From: Eledone cirrhosa | Lineage: Eukaryota | Direction of reading: 5' to 3' | Length of the DNA stretch: 64,000 nt | Assembly (NCBI GenBank): GCA_964016885.1 | Contig: OZ024743.1 | Span: forward strand, 313,162,001 to 313,226,000 | In this document: piece by piece, positions 1 to 18,300 of the stretch | How the letters are laid out: each line of letters begins with the position of its first letter | Position numbering within the stretch: the stretch's first letter is position 1 | Position numbers and translations under genes: made by a program | The notes under the pieces: generated by a model | Told to the model about the DNA's origin: nothing | The model's database searches: none | What the model saw: the letters and a program-made list of their open reading frames with translations, nothing else

Positions 1-663
1 TTCATCTATTTGTATATTAGTTTGTCTGTCTGTCCATTCGTCGTTTTGCTAGTTTATTTACTATAAAGTTTCGATTTTATTGTATACATTTGCATAAACA
101 GATTCTACAAAATAATGCTGGAGTCGTTTACAAAACTAAATCAATGAGAAAATGTTGACGAGATCTGTGAGCCTACTAAAAATAGCAGATAAACTTCTCT
201 CGTTTCACCTTCTACTGTCTTACAAAAGGAAGGTTATATTATATAATGTCCAAGATATACTAAATCTTTAAAAAGACGTGTTTGTCATGGCTGAAATGAA
301 TTTGAGCAGAGACGCCTCATTTGATTATAGAACCCTCATTTGATCATAAATATGTTAGTTGATCATAAACGCGTCATTTGATAATATGTCTGGCCCTATG
401 GAAGGCGAAGAGCATTGCCCCTTCCCCATTCCGTAATTTTCTCTCCAGCTCAGGTTAGTGTGTCACGCATTGAGACTTCCAGAAACCGAGCCCATGCACA
501 TATACACGATGTACGTGTCCCAGCATGGTGTAGGAGAGCCCCCTTTACCTCCTGACAGCATCTAGAGAACATCCAAGAGTCATTATGTGAACCAGACCAG
601 CGGATAAGACCAGAATATATCATCAATTTGACTTAAAATGGTCAGGCTGACAGGAACTGCTAA

Positions 664-666
<3 letters not shown>

Positions 667-756
<90 letters not shown>
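667..756. repeat. (TG)n microsatellite
   Basis: About 45 perfect TG units. Confidence 0.97.
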
Positions 757-758
<2 letters not shown>

Positions 759-769
759 ATGTTGATGGC

Positions 770-955
770 ACCAGAAAATATCACCAATATTGTTTAGGAT
801 CACCAGGACTCTGGTAGAAGAGACAGTATCTACTAAACATCCGGGAACTGTTAAGTGACTGAGGCCTGCTGGTGGGACCAGATGATATCAACAGTTTGAC
901 TCGGGATCGTATCAGGTGGAGGGAAACTGTAGCTGCCTGCATACTATCGAAATAG
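770..955 (+). mobile_element. Degenerate RTE-like LINE 3' coding remnant
   Basis: ~880-955 translates DDINSLTRDRIRWRETVAAC, resembling the RTE C-terminal DRxxWR motif (compare 30810-31103). Confidence 0.35.
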
Positions 956-1420
956 GCTAATGTTGATAATATATAGAACTGATTATGTCTGATTTGAATT
1001 AGAATCCCACTGATGGTCAGGGTTAAATATTCGACCTCAGGAAAACAACTGATTCTGAGAGCTGGAATGTGAAGTTGAAGATTTCAGTCATTTGCTGTTG
1101 TAGTTGAACGGCGATGATCTGATGGAATTATGTTGCTATTTCTAGCAGATTGCTTGACCGCATCAGACTCTCTATTCACCTAAGGTATATTAAATATAAT
1201 AGAGAAAGTATAATATTTTCGTTGGAAAACAGTGCGTTTTGTTAGAAACAGGATAGTAACTCTCCATCCATCTATTCTACTTCCGGTTTCTGTCTTATCG
1301 ACTCCATTAAGTGCAGCTGTTTATTAGCGGAGATTAGTTAGTAACGGGAAATAGCTGTTATATATACTCCATCATATTCACAAAACACGACGAAGGTGTA
1401 ATAATAATAATAATGATAAT

Positions 1421-1525
1421 AATAATTGTTTCTACGTTAGGCACAAGGCCAGCAATTACCCAGTGTATTACTGGTACTTTATTTTATCGACCCCGTAAGG
1501 ATGAAAGGCAAAGTTAACCTCGACA
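1421..1525 (-). mobile_element. tRNA-derived SINE family A, 3' half, truncated by the adjacent Tx1 element
   Basis: Matches other copies in the window (aattgtttctac...ggcacaaggccagcaatt...tactggtactttattttatcgaccccgtaaggatgaaaggcaaagttaacctcg); (TAA)n tail at 1400-1425. Confidence 0.85.
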
Positions 1526-4449
1526 ATGCTTTCTTTATTAACCACAAGAGTTTACATAAAGTAGACATTAAGGACAGTACAGGACAATACTGGACGGTAC
1601 AAAAGGGCATTTCTGCGTGTAAAAAAAACAAAAACAGAAGATGTAATAATAGAACAATGAAAAATTTCCCAATAGGGGGGAGACTTCCGAGGGACATTCG
1701 TGGAGAATGCCCATTAAAAAGCCACAGTGACCCTGACCACCAGGGCAAGTGCCCTCTCCCAGTTTTCCACCTTTAATTTACAGACACATACTCAGAGTAG
1801 GCCCATTCACTCGGGCCATTCTTGCCTCTCTCACCCATCTTTCAACAAAATGCTGGGAAGAGAGCACTTCCCTCTCTACCCTGATTTTCCTTTTCAAATG
1901 AAATTTGAAAAAGTTAATCAGGGCATCACCGAAGAGGTAAGTGCTCGTCTTCAGCCCTTTCAAACGTGTCCACCATACTATCTCTTTCGCCATGGCCACC
2001 AGACAGATAAAAACTGCCTGCCCTTCCCGACTAAAGAAAGAGGGCGGGGCAATCCTCACGATGGACTCAGCTGATAGCTGGATCCGTCCTACACGCGACA
2101 GCAGGTGTTCGACATAAACCCACAAGTCAGCAATGCTCGGACACTGAACGAGTGCGTGCAGGACGGTTTCGTCGCCCTGCGCGCATCTCGGACATGCCTG
2201 GCTGACGGCACCTCCATGCCTGTAGAGTTTATCCGAACTGGCAAAGCTCCTCGGTAGCACTGCCAGGCCAGGGATTTCTGGAAGTTGTCCATAGGCCCCT
2301 GCCCGAAAGTTCTTCCGAAGAGATTGGCTAGTTGATTTTCGTCGACGCCTAGAGTTTCCCCAACTACGTCGTCCTCTTCCCCTCCACTAATCCTCTATAG
2401 AACGCCAAGGTGGAGTTTCCACCGATCACATTGCCCGATTGGTCGAGGGCTGTGAGCGCCTGAAGACATTCCAGTCTCCAAGCGCTCCTTCTCGGTCTTC
2501 ACTTGACCCAGGACTGCAGCTCCGTCAAGGAGACGAGCTGGGGAAAGACGCGACAACACCTGATCACCGTCGAGGAAGAGGTGGAGATGTATCCTGAGCG
2601 CGTGTCTGCGCATCATCAGCCACGGCATGCCCAGCCCTCCACGTAGCGGGTGTTGACAGCAGATGGACCGCCTGACCATCGGAGCGCGTCCCTTCCACAA
2701 AAAGCGAAAGAGCAAACGCTCCAGCGCAGTCAGGCGGGGCTTAGGACAAGGTACGTCGGTCAGGCGGTAGTAGATGACGGACGCGATGTACGCGTTAGCC
2801 ACCTCCGCTCGACCTTTCAGAGATCGCTTCCTCTCCGCCCATTTCTGGATGAGAGAAGCCACCCTGCTCGTCACCTCGTCCCAGTTTTTGTCCGTCTGGA
2901 GGTTCGGACCGAACCAGACCCCTACCAATTTAACCGGTCCGTCCTTCCAGCGCCCGACGACGCTGTTGGACGGTACGGACCTGCCTCTCCAGGTGCCAAG
3001 CTGCAGGCCCACTGTCTTTTCCTGGTTGATCATTGCTCCTGTCACCGCTTCGTATTCTCTTAGTGTAGTGCCGATCGCCTCGATGTGTTTGGCGTTCGAC
3101 ACCACTACGGTGACATCGTCCGCATATGCTGACAAGGATATTCCGCATCCTAGTTCGCGCGGGACCCCTTAACGTCTCCAGTTTGTGCAGTAATGGCTCG
3201 AGAGTCTATACTTACAAGAGGGACGAGTGGGGACATCCTTGGCGGACCGAGCGCATGATGTTGAACGGTTCCGAAAGGTGACCGTTCACTCTCACCACAT
3301 AGCAGATGTCGCTGTGCATGGCAGCGATCCAGCCTCTGAAGACGGGTCCAAAGCCAGCCGCCCTCAAGACTGCCGCCAGATAACGATGGTCGACCCTATC
3401 GAAAGCTTTCGACTGATCTAAATTGATCAAGGACCCACCCGTGCCAGGTTCCCTAGCTACCCTCTCCACGATGTATCGTATGAGGTGGAGGTTGTCGTGG
3501 ATGGATCTGTCGGGAATGGCGCATGTCTGCGGCTCTCCCACCAGACCACCAACGACAAGCGCCAACCTCTTTGCTAGCACCTTGGCCATAATCTTGAACT
3601 CTGTGTTTAGCAGAGTTATGGGCCTGCAATTATCTATGTTATTCCCCTTGTTTGGATCCTTTCTCAGCAGCGCCACCGCTCCTCGGCTTACAGAGCTGGG
3701 AATTCTCCCGTTCTGTCGCCAGTTGCAGTAGACGTCTGTCAAGAGGCCTCCGAACAAGTCTGGCATCTGTACGTAAAGTTCATAGGGCAGACCATCCAAA
3801 CCAGGCGATTTACCCCTTGTGCAGCCAGTCATTGCCTCCCGTACTTAAGCTGCTGTTATCGGCTTTTCGCAACACTCCGCCTCAGTGGCCGAGAGCCGCT
3901 GCAGTCCGTCGAGGTAGGCACTAAAGTCCATCCCTCGACCCGGCCCGCTGCTGCCCCCGAACATTTGAGCGAAGTGTCGCTGAAAAGCTTCACACATTTG
4001 CCCGGGATCGAGTAGCATGCACCCGTCGTGGTCCACCAAAGACAGGATCGTGGCTTTGTTGCCATGACGCGCCTCCACCACTCGGGCCCATTGAACGGCT
4101 TTCGTCTCCTCGTGTTTGAGAGCATGCACCCTAGCTCTGACAACGCAGCCTTCGTGCTTTGCATTGAAGAATTGGTCAAGGGCCAATTTCGCCGCAAGTA
4201 CGTCGGTCGCGATTCCTTTGCTAAGCGCCTCGTCTAATTTTCTAACTAGTTCTCCCTCTGCTCTATTTTTCTCTATTGCTAAAGCTTTACTAAACCTAAT
4301 GGACTGTATTCTAATTGCTCTTTTCAGAGCAAACCACCATTTGTTGTTGACGATGGCCCCCGTCAACGCCCGCTTAATTAGTTCGCTAATCCGGTCTCTG
4401 TAGGGCTTGCACGCTGTTAATGACGCGTTTAGCTTCCAGTAGCCGGGTC
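1526..4449 (-). mobile_element. 5'-truncated L1/Tx1-clade non-LTR retrotransposon
   Basis: Minus-strand ORF2 pieces: PGYWKLN linker, KSPGLDGLP, RPITLLN, DQSKAFDRVDH, RQGCP, AYADD and the C-terminal CPRC-x8-H-x4-C knuckle; 3' UTR ends aataaagaaagc. Confidence 0.92.
1778..4446 (-). pseudogene. Tx1 ORF2 (RT + CCHC zinc knuckle), frameshifted
   Basis: Split across ORFs 3845-4366, 3212-3832, 2395-3135, 2089-2292 and 1778-2260. Confidence 0.9.
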
Positions 4450-4600
4450 CCTGTCTATGACAACCAGGGTAAGTGCCTTCTCCCAGCTGTCTTCCACAGG
4501 TGCATACTCAGAGTAGGCTCTTTCCTTTGGACCATGCTTGCCACTCTCAACCACCTTCCAACAAACTGGTTGGAAGTCAGCACTTCTGTCTCCATCCCTG
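4450..4600 (-). mobile_element. Short 3'-end fragment of a second, diverged Tx1 subfamily
   Basis: ETEVLTSNQFVGRWLRVASMVQRKEPTLSMHL aligns to EREVLSSQHFVERWVREARMARVNGPTLSMCL (1778-1880); ccaggg(c/t)aagtgcc UTR motif shared with 1740-1755. Confidence 0.75.
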
Positions 4601-4610
4601 ACATTTTAGT

Positions 4611-4760
4611 AATAATAATAATTGTTTCTACTTTTGGCACAAGGCCAACAATTATCCCAGTGCATTACTGGTACTTTATTTTATCGACCCCGTAAGGATG
4701 AAAGGCAAAGTTAATCTCTGCGGGATTTGAACTCGGATCTTAAAGGGCTGTAACTCTATA
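4611..4760 (-). mobile_element. SINE family A copy
   Basis: Tail, central domain and B-box (gagttcaaatccc on the minus strand). Confidence 0.85.
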
Positions 4761-5290
4761 ATAACAATAATAAAATGATAATCTAGATTTAATAGCCTAT
4801 TGATCGAAATGGAATAAAAACATTATCATCCGTCTCTCTATCCACACAAAAGTTATTGCAGACACAATCAGTCATTCAATTTAAATACAAATTAACAATG
4901 AAATAGAGATAACACAGTAAAAACAGCTTATTGTTAAATAGTATTTGTCTGGGAGTGTTTCGTGACACATGCTTCTTTCAATTAGAAATACGACGAAAAA
5001 GTTGGTACATGTTTATGTATTCATTTTATTATTATTTGTATTTTTTTAAATTTAGTAATGATCGGTGACAAATGAAATAATAAATTTTAGTTCTTTATTT
5101 AGACAACATTGAAGCATATATAGTGTTTGTATATGGCGGATAAATTGAGCATTTTTTAATTCGTTTATTTTTGGTTTATTTTGTGGGGGGTATTTGAAAT
5201 TGAACAGGACGGCTGCAATTTCCGACACACTAGACAGGAATACTGGATTTAGAGGTGAAGAAATAAGCCATTAGTTGTTTTCACACACGC

Positions 5291-5292
<2 letters not shown>

Positions 5293-5377
<85 letters not shown>
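5293..5377. repeat. (CT)n microsatellite
   Basis: Perfect CT run. Confidence 0.97.
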
Positions 5378-5383
<6 letters not shown>

Positions 5384-5670
5384 GACCTCTGTCGGATTCG
5401 GCGACGAGTGTTCCAACTGTTCGATCAACGAAGCAGCTTGCTTGTGAAATTAATGTGTATGTGGCTGGGTATGCCTATAGATATATATGTATATATCTAC
5501 ATATCTATCTATCCCACCTCTCTCTCTATACACACACACACGCTCACACAAACACACACATATAAAGTAGAAAATAGCAAAAATGAACATTCGGTTCATC
5601 TAACACGTCTTTCTACCTAAAGATTAAAAAAGGCAAAGAAACAAGTACAATTTCCTGCTCAAGCTCCATT

Positions 5671-10111
<4,441 letters not shown>

Positions 10112-10117
<6 letters not shown>

Positions 10118-10477
10118 GCTTGCGACAGGTTCAGAAAAGAACTCACAGCCTTCTTTAAAGGCTTCAACCTCTCTATACAGGTTGAGGCCAATCTCTCGGT
10201 CGTTAATTACCACGACGTTACCCTAAATTTATCGAATGGGTTGTATTACCCGTATAGAAAGCCGAATGATACGCTTAATTACATAAGTAAGCATTCCAAC
10301 AATCCTGCCAACATAACCAAGAACCTGGTAAGAAACGCTTCGCTGAGGCTTTCCCGTCTATCTACTAACGAGCATTCCACTTATTACAATGAAGCTCTTG
10401 CTCGGAGTGGATTTGTCGATAAGGTAGCATATACAGAGTACGAAAATAGACCCTGAAGAAATAGATCCCGTCGCATT
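10112..10477 (+). mobile_element. Penelope-like RT fragment, same type as 15371-18992
   Basis: [36 protein letters not shown]...[11 protein letters not shown] parallels VVNFLDVTLDLNNNLYYPYHKP...SNHPP...YYNKALSESGY; ends at the gap. Confidence 0.85.
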
Positions 10478-10677
10478 NNNNNNNNNNNNNNNNNNNNNNN
10501 NNNNNNNNNNNNNNNNNNNNNNNNNNNNNNNNNNNNNNNNNNNNNNNNNNNNNNNNNNNNNNNNNNNNNNNNNNNNNNNNNNNNNNNNNNNNNNNNNNNN
10601 NNNNNNNNNNNNNNNNNNNNNNNNNNNNNNNNNNNNNNNNNNNNNNNNNNNNNNNNNNNNNNNNNNNNNNNNNNNNN
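10478..10677. other. Assembly gap (200 N)
   Basis: Run of exactly 200 N. Confidence 0.99.
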
Positions 10678-10759
10678 AAATTCAGCACGGGTCATACGCA
10701 TCCAAAGATCACCATCCTAACGGCCGCTTGGATGGTCAGAAGAAAAGAAGCTAAAAGTT

Positions 10760-10920
10760 TATGTATATATACATAAATAATGAAAAACTGAACTTTCAAT
10801 TTATCATTTTATATTCGTGATCATACGTGACAGGTGTTTCGTAAATTGAACACCTCTAAGTTACAAGCAGTTACGTAATAGTTCGGTGGCGAATATTCTA
10901 TAATGAACACTCATCTGGTA
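10760..10920 (-). mobile_element. PLE terminal-repeat remnant with variant hammerhead-like motif
   Basis: Minus strand reads CAGATGAG...CGAAAC-ACCT-GTC, next to (TA)n. Confidence 0.45.
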
Positions 10921-12577
<1,657 letters not shown>

Positions 12578-13476
12578 GCCGACATTAACTAAATTATTGT
12601 CTGGGAAAAGTTGCCGTTCTTATGTGCTCTTTAGACGTTCTATTCACGATTATCAATAAAATTCCATTATTATGCGAAGCCATTTAAAATTTATTCCGCT
12701 GACATCTCTCACTCACTGTCATCTTTGATTCATTTTTAATTTTTATTATTTCCCAATTGAAACCCAAGTTCAACAACCTAACTTATAAATTACTTAACAA
12801 ATAATGTACCAGTTATGTACTGGTGGCTATTTATTCGTCTTCTTCCTTTCTTGGTATTGTATCATAATTAGAGACTATTGTTTTCACACTAATATTCTGA
12901 AATCCGAACCTTAGATTCGATCGTATTCTGCTTAATTTTCCTCTGAACTTTCTGGACTTATGAAACATTTACTCAGGTAGTGCTGACACACTTTCCACTC
13001 ATGTTGTACTCACCCTTTCATGACCCAGCATTAACCTCTAAACCCAGTTTTTTCAGCCCAGGGTATTGGCTATCTGGATCTCTGTGGCGATTCACTCGTC
13101 TCTCTTACTCTCATCACTCATGTTTTGCGAACCCCTTATGCCATGCACTAACCATTATATCCAATCCTTCCTGCTCAGGAAGTTGACCATCTGTTCATGT
13201 CTTTCCTAAATCAAATCATGAAACACTGAAACAAGAAAGCTTTGGTTTAAACATTTTAATGAAGATATTCTTAAATTATTGTCCCAAGTGTGTATAGTGG
13301 CCTATATAGAGGACAAATACTTTTCACTTGTGTGTTTTATATACTACAACATTTGTTGGGGAGAAGCGGCTAGAAAGAGTGAGAATCACATAAATTTATA
13401 CGTGGAACATTACACAATGATAATAAATTATCTGTAAGCAGAAAACTTATTTTTTATGTTTAACTACTTATTAAGA

Positions 13477-13750
13477 CAGACCTGCCAACCTCTAAAACGC
13501 CAAACGGGGAGTACCATGAAAAAAAGTGCCCCAAAACTAGGAGAAATGACGTAAAATGGGGAGATTGTACATAATTGTTTCTACTTTAGGCACAAGGCCA
13601 GCAATTACCTAGTGCATTACTGGTACTTTATTTTATCGACCCCGTAAGGATGATGAAAGCTATACTCATTTTCACAAGAGAAGACATCTTTCACCCACCC
13701 CAAAGTGAATGGGAGATATCCCCATCGGACGGGGAGAGTTGACAGGTCTG
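13477..13750. mobile_element. Non-autonomous DNA transposon (MITE) interrupted by a SINE fragment
   Basis: TIRs cagacctgccaac / gttgacaggtctg (12/13 match); flanks ttaaga / gtaaga; SINE A piece at 13572-13652. Confidence 0.7.
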
Positions 13751-14573
13751 GTAAGAGGAAGAAGAGTAGCTCAGATAAAACTGTTTGCAGCAGAATACAC
13801 TCAATTAGAAGACCACATGAGTACGGAGATGGTGTTTAAACAGGGTGACGGGTTAAGTTGACCACCCCAAAACTAGGAACACAGTTCCAGCTTTGCCTCT
13901 ATAAATACTTGGTCATCATGTAGCTATGTTAAAAACCATGTAGCTATGAATCGAACATGTTAATAACACAGCAAGGCCTGCGTTTAATATTTCGTAACTA
14001 TCTGGTTAAGAATTATATTATCCATTATCAGAAGTGTTTTCTTATAATATACAAGAATATCAAAGGGAAAGCGAAAAAGGACTGCCACGAAAAAAGAGGG
14101 TGGTATGGGGAGGAGATAGGTAGGGAGAAACTGTGAGTAGTGTGAACATATGTATTTTTGCGCATGCGTGTCTTTGTGTGGGAGGGGTTGCTGGTAACTT
14201 TATTACTTAAGCGAAATAGTAATGTTGATACATAGACAATATTATCACTAGACACTAGACACATACATTTTCAACAGTATTACTCCTCTCTCGTAGGAAA
14301 TCGTTTATAATGATGTCTATATGATGTTGAAAAGATATCTAGATGTAATGCCAGGAATTATTGTTCTCTCCTGTACATCGCCATTAATTTCACGTTTTTT
14401 CTCGTCGCAAATTCATTTAAAACTTCTCATATCAGTTAAATTCAGTTCTTCTTCTGTCTGTCTGTATGTAAGTAATAGAATTACAATTTAGCTTCAGGCA
14501 TAGTTGCATACAGATATGTATTGGAATTTTGTATTTCAGAAGAAATACGGTATGTTTAAAGTAAACATTTAGA

Positions 14574-15068
14574 GAGCCGTAGCTATGCCAAAGCACTAGC
14601 GACTAACGCCGTCTGGCGATGTCCGGCAGAATCAAGATTGTCAATTGTGGATGCACATTTCGAACTGAACTGATTCTTATCAGCACGATCTCATCAGCAC
14701 GAACTGCTGGACTTTGAAAACATGCGAAAAATACATACATACATAAATACATACATATGTAAATGAGGTGATTGCCCCCCTTGCTTCTGCTGGACACCAC
14801 CAGAAGCTAAATTGTAATTCTATTCTATTATAAGTTGAGCCAACTTATACAGCTCCATATGCAATTGAGATTAATCACCTCATTTACACAGACGCGAAAA
14901 CCATACATTCTTGCCTGTTTTCAAAGTCCAACAGTTTCCAGAGTGAGAGGGATCGTGCTGATGAGAACCAGTTCAGTTCGAAATGCGTATCCACGATTTT
15001 CCCCTTGCTTCTGCTGGACACTGCCAGATGGCATTAGTCGCTGGTGTTTTGGCATAGCTACGGCTCTT
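14574..15068. repeat. Diverged inverted repeat pair (PLE terminal-repeat remnants)
   Basis: 14574-14730 is the reverse complement of ~14906-15068; a second small inverted pair lies at 14472-14495 / 14803-14826. Confidence 0.75.
14952..14997 (+). ncRNA. Minimal type I hammerhead ribozyme
   Basis: Stem I atcgtg/cacgat; CTGATGA; stem II gaac/gttc; GAAA; stem III AT-gcgt-AT; cleavage triplet AUC. Confidence 0.8.
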
Positions 15069-15277
15069 CCTATATTATGGTTTGCTTCCCATATTATGTA
15101 TCCTCCTAATGTTCTTTTGACAAACTTCTGATATTATATTTGTGTTTTAACCTTTATTATATACTCCAATGATTCCGGCCTTGTGCTATGATGAGACGAT
15201 CGTAAGTGATTAAATGTTCTAAACACTCTTTGATTGTTATTTATTATATATATATATATATAGGAACGATCGACTTC

Positions 15278-15368
15278 GAGATTTGAACTCAGACCCTAAA
15301 GGGCCGTAACACTTTGCTGCAAAGCATGGCGTCAGACTCTCTACCGACACTGCCAAACCACCGGCCTT
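15278..15368 (-). mobile_element. SINE family A, 5' tRNA-like head only
   Basis: Minus strand ggccggtggtttggcagtgtcggtagag...gagttcaaatc; homology stops just after the B-box. Confidence 0.8.
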
Positions 15369-15370
15369 AT

Positions 15371-18300
15371 AATGATAATAATAATAATGTCCGTTTACAA
15401 TTGTTTCGCTATTCCATATAATGTTTCTGGATCAAATGATTCTAGATCATTATTGATTTGGTTCAGATGAAGATAAATAACTTAGGTAAAAATAATGGAG
15501 CGGCTCTTCGTAACTTCAAAAGAGATAATGAAAATATTGATAAAGATACTATGGAATAAGGAGTATAAAATAAGGCAAAGAAAGATGGTTATGTGAATGT
15601 AATGTTCCATATATTGGTATTTCACTATGGTGTCCTGGGTGTATTTATTGTCTGCTATAAGCAAGCATTATTCTTCTGTCGAGGCTGTATTAAGCGAGGT
15701 CTGCCTATGCGTAGCAAAATGGCTACCTAAGGACATTTACCTTACTAATTAGAGACGGGTTTCAAGGGAAGTAACCCCTTGAGAATTTAGAAATTGTAGG
15801 TGATTTATAGCTAAGAAGTGCTAATGAGCTTAAGTGAGAGACAGTGTAGGGGAGGTAACCCATTATTATCCAAGTCTGGGTTAAAGATTTAACATGTTAG
15901 CTATAAGTAAAAGTGAGATTAGATTACTATGTTGGGTCGAATATTCTGTTTGCGAAGGAATTTGCCCTTCGATGTTGACAGCTAATAGTTAACCGGTGGA
16001 GGTCGTGATAGAGTTATGTAATAGGCCTCGGTAAGACATAGATCACAAGAGTTTCTTCGTCCATTGAACGCTTGGGATCTAGCCAAGATATCCCATGTTA
16101 GTGAGTGTTCAATGTTGGTTAATTTAAGGTTTTTAATGAGCCTAGCTAGAGATGTTGAACATCTATTGCTAGGGTCTCGGAAGGAAAATGAGTGCGCGTT
16201 ATAGCGTAGCTTAAAAGGGTTAGAGGTAGAGCCAATATAGGAGTTGGTATGTGATGCTGTTTTAACTGTGCACCTATATACTATATTGGGTGTAAGGCAT
16301 TGTCCGTTTAGTGGGCGTGCATTAGGGTGACGGCAGTTGCAGTTACTGCTGCGGTTAGTAAGGGTAGGGTTGTTTAAACTATGCGGCTGGTGTGTGCTAG
16401 AAGGATTAGATGGGGGAGGTATGCTACTAGAGTAAGTATTGGTGTAGTGGCGTGGTGTATTTGACGGTGGTGGTGGTACTGCGGTGTGGGAGTTATACTC
16501 TTTTAGTTTATGATGGTTACTGAATGCAATGTGGCTAGCTAGGTTATGTGTTGTGGAGAATGAGATTTTAATGTTGTTTTTATTAAAGAGTTTGTAATAT
16601 CTATGGTTGGGTGGTGGGGGTGGTGGTGGTGTTTAGATACGATAGGGAAGAAGCGTTTAGGGATATTAGTGGCTAAATTAGATGAGAATGTGGGGTTAAG
16701 CCAGGTGATATTTCTAGGCCTATTCCTTCTAGGGGTTCTAGTGGAGTTAGCAAGGGCCTTCATAGGGTAATTATTACCTGGGCGTTTGTTATTTGTCATC
16801 CCATTGTTTATTCCTATTCTAGGGTTGATTCTGAGTCTGCTACTAGGAGTGGGAAGTAGGCCTCTGCCACCATTATGGTTCCCTGTATAGGTGCTGTTAC
16901 TGCTAAAGTTCCGGCGTATGTGGCTACATGCTAAAGCATTTCTAGTTCTAGTGTTAAATTTATTATGGTTGTGGTGAAGTTCTGTGTTATGGCATTTAGG
17001 TATGTAGTAAATGGACTGTTCATAACCAGATTCAGAAAGAGCCTTATTATAATATGTCGCATGGTTCATGAATATCTCCTCATTTGCGGATAGCATGGAG
17101 ATCCTATACGAGATAGATTTGATGACTGCTCTGATGACTGCCGGTGGGTGGTTAGAGTGCGGGCTAATATATGTAAGTATTTCACCTGGTTTATGATAAG
17201 GGTAATATAAGTTATTGTTAAGATCTAGGGTAACATCCAGGAAGTTTACTACCTTATGGTTCGGTTCGATGGTGATAGAGAGACCGTTATTTAAAAAAAA
17301 TCTATGTAATTGTTTTTTGAGCAAGTCAATGCCTCGATTAGTGCAATTGTGGACTGCAAATAGGGCGCCGTCCCTATATATTCTGCCTTGCAAGGGTTGG
17401 ATTTCAGCTCTGATGTTATGTAATAGATAGATTCCAACTAAATCGGTGATTTGCGCAGAATCGCTTGAGCCCATAGTGATGTAGAATTTGTCTGTTCTGT
17501 CCTTTCTAGTCCAGAATGAGCCGTTGAATTCAATGATGGTCTGCCTAGCCATAAGTATGATGTCAATCTCGTTATTAGTTATGTCAGAGTTGTTGCTGGC
17601 TAGGGTTAATGCTTTGTTAAGCAGTGTCGGGGTTATTGATGCGTAGTAGCTGTCAATGTCAAATTGGAGGAACCTAATAGATTCCTTGGACTTTAGATCT
17701 GAGAACCATCTAATGACTTGGCCGGTGTTCGACCACAGCTTGTAGGTGATACCATCTCGTAGCCCAGGGATGATCCTATCGAGAATGTTCTTGCTGATAC
17801 GACCCAAGTCAGATGTGGTTGGGCTTACAAGCCTAATAGATAGGTTTTCAATAAAGTTTGGCTTGTGATCCTTGAGAGAGAACCTAGGGGTTGTAGGTAC
17901 ATAAGGGTGGGTACATCTATCCAGATGCAAGTCCTTAACCAGAGCCTGGGCTTTTCGGTTAAATAAGTTTACACTGGAGGGTATAGTTTTTTAATAGATT
18001 TTATTAAGCTCCTTAAGAAGGAAAGAGTTGTAAGTTTCAGGAGGCATGGTGTATAGATTTTTGGTTTTGTCAGACATAACATGTAAGAGGTAGCTATCCT
18101 TAAATTTTTTTATAGTTGTTTCTAATTTTGTGAGGAAATTATTCTTGTGTCTATAATACTTGTTGAATTTAATGCTCCTGACGAGATTGAATAGATCTTT
18201 CTCAAAAGGGTTCAGCAGGATGTTGTGTGGAGGGTTCTTGCAGGTGGTAAATCCATATCTGTTGGCAGTACTTCCGGCGTCAGCAGCACCCACACTGTCG

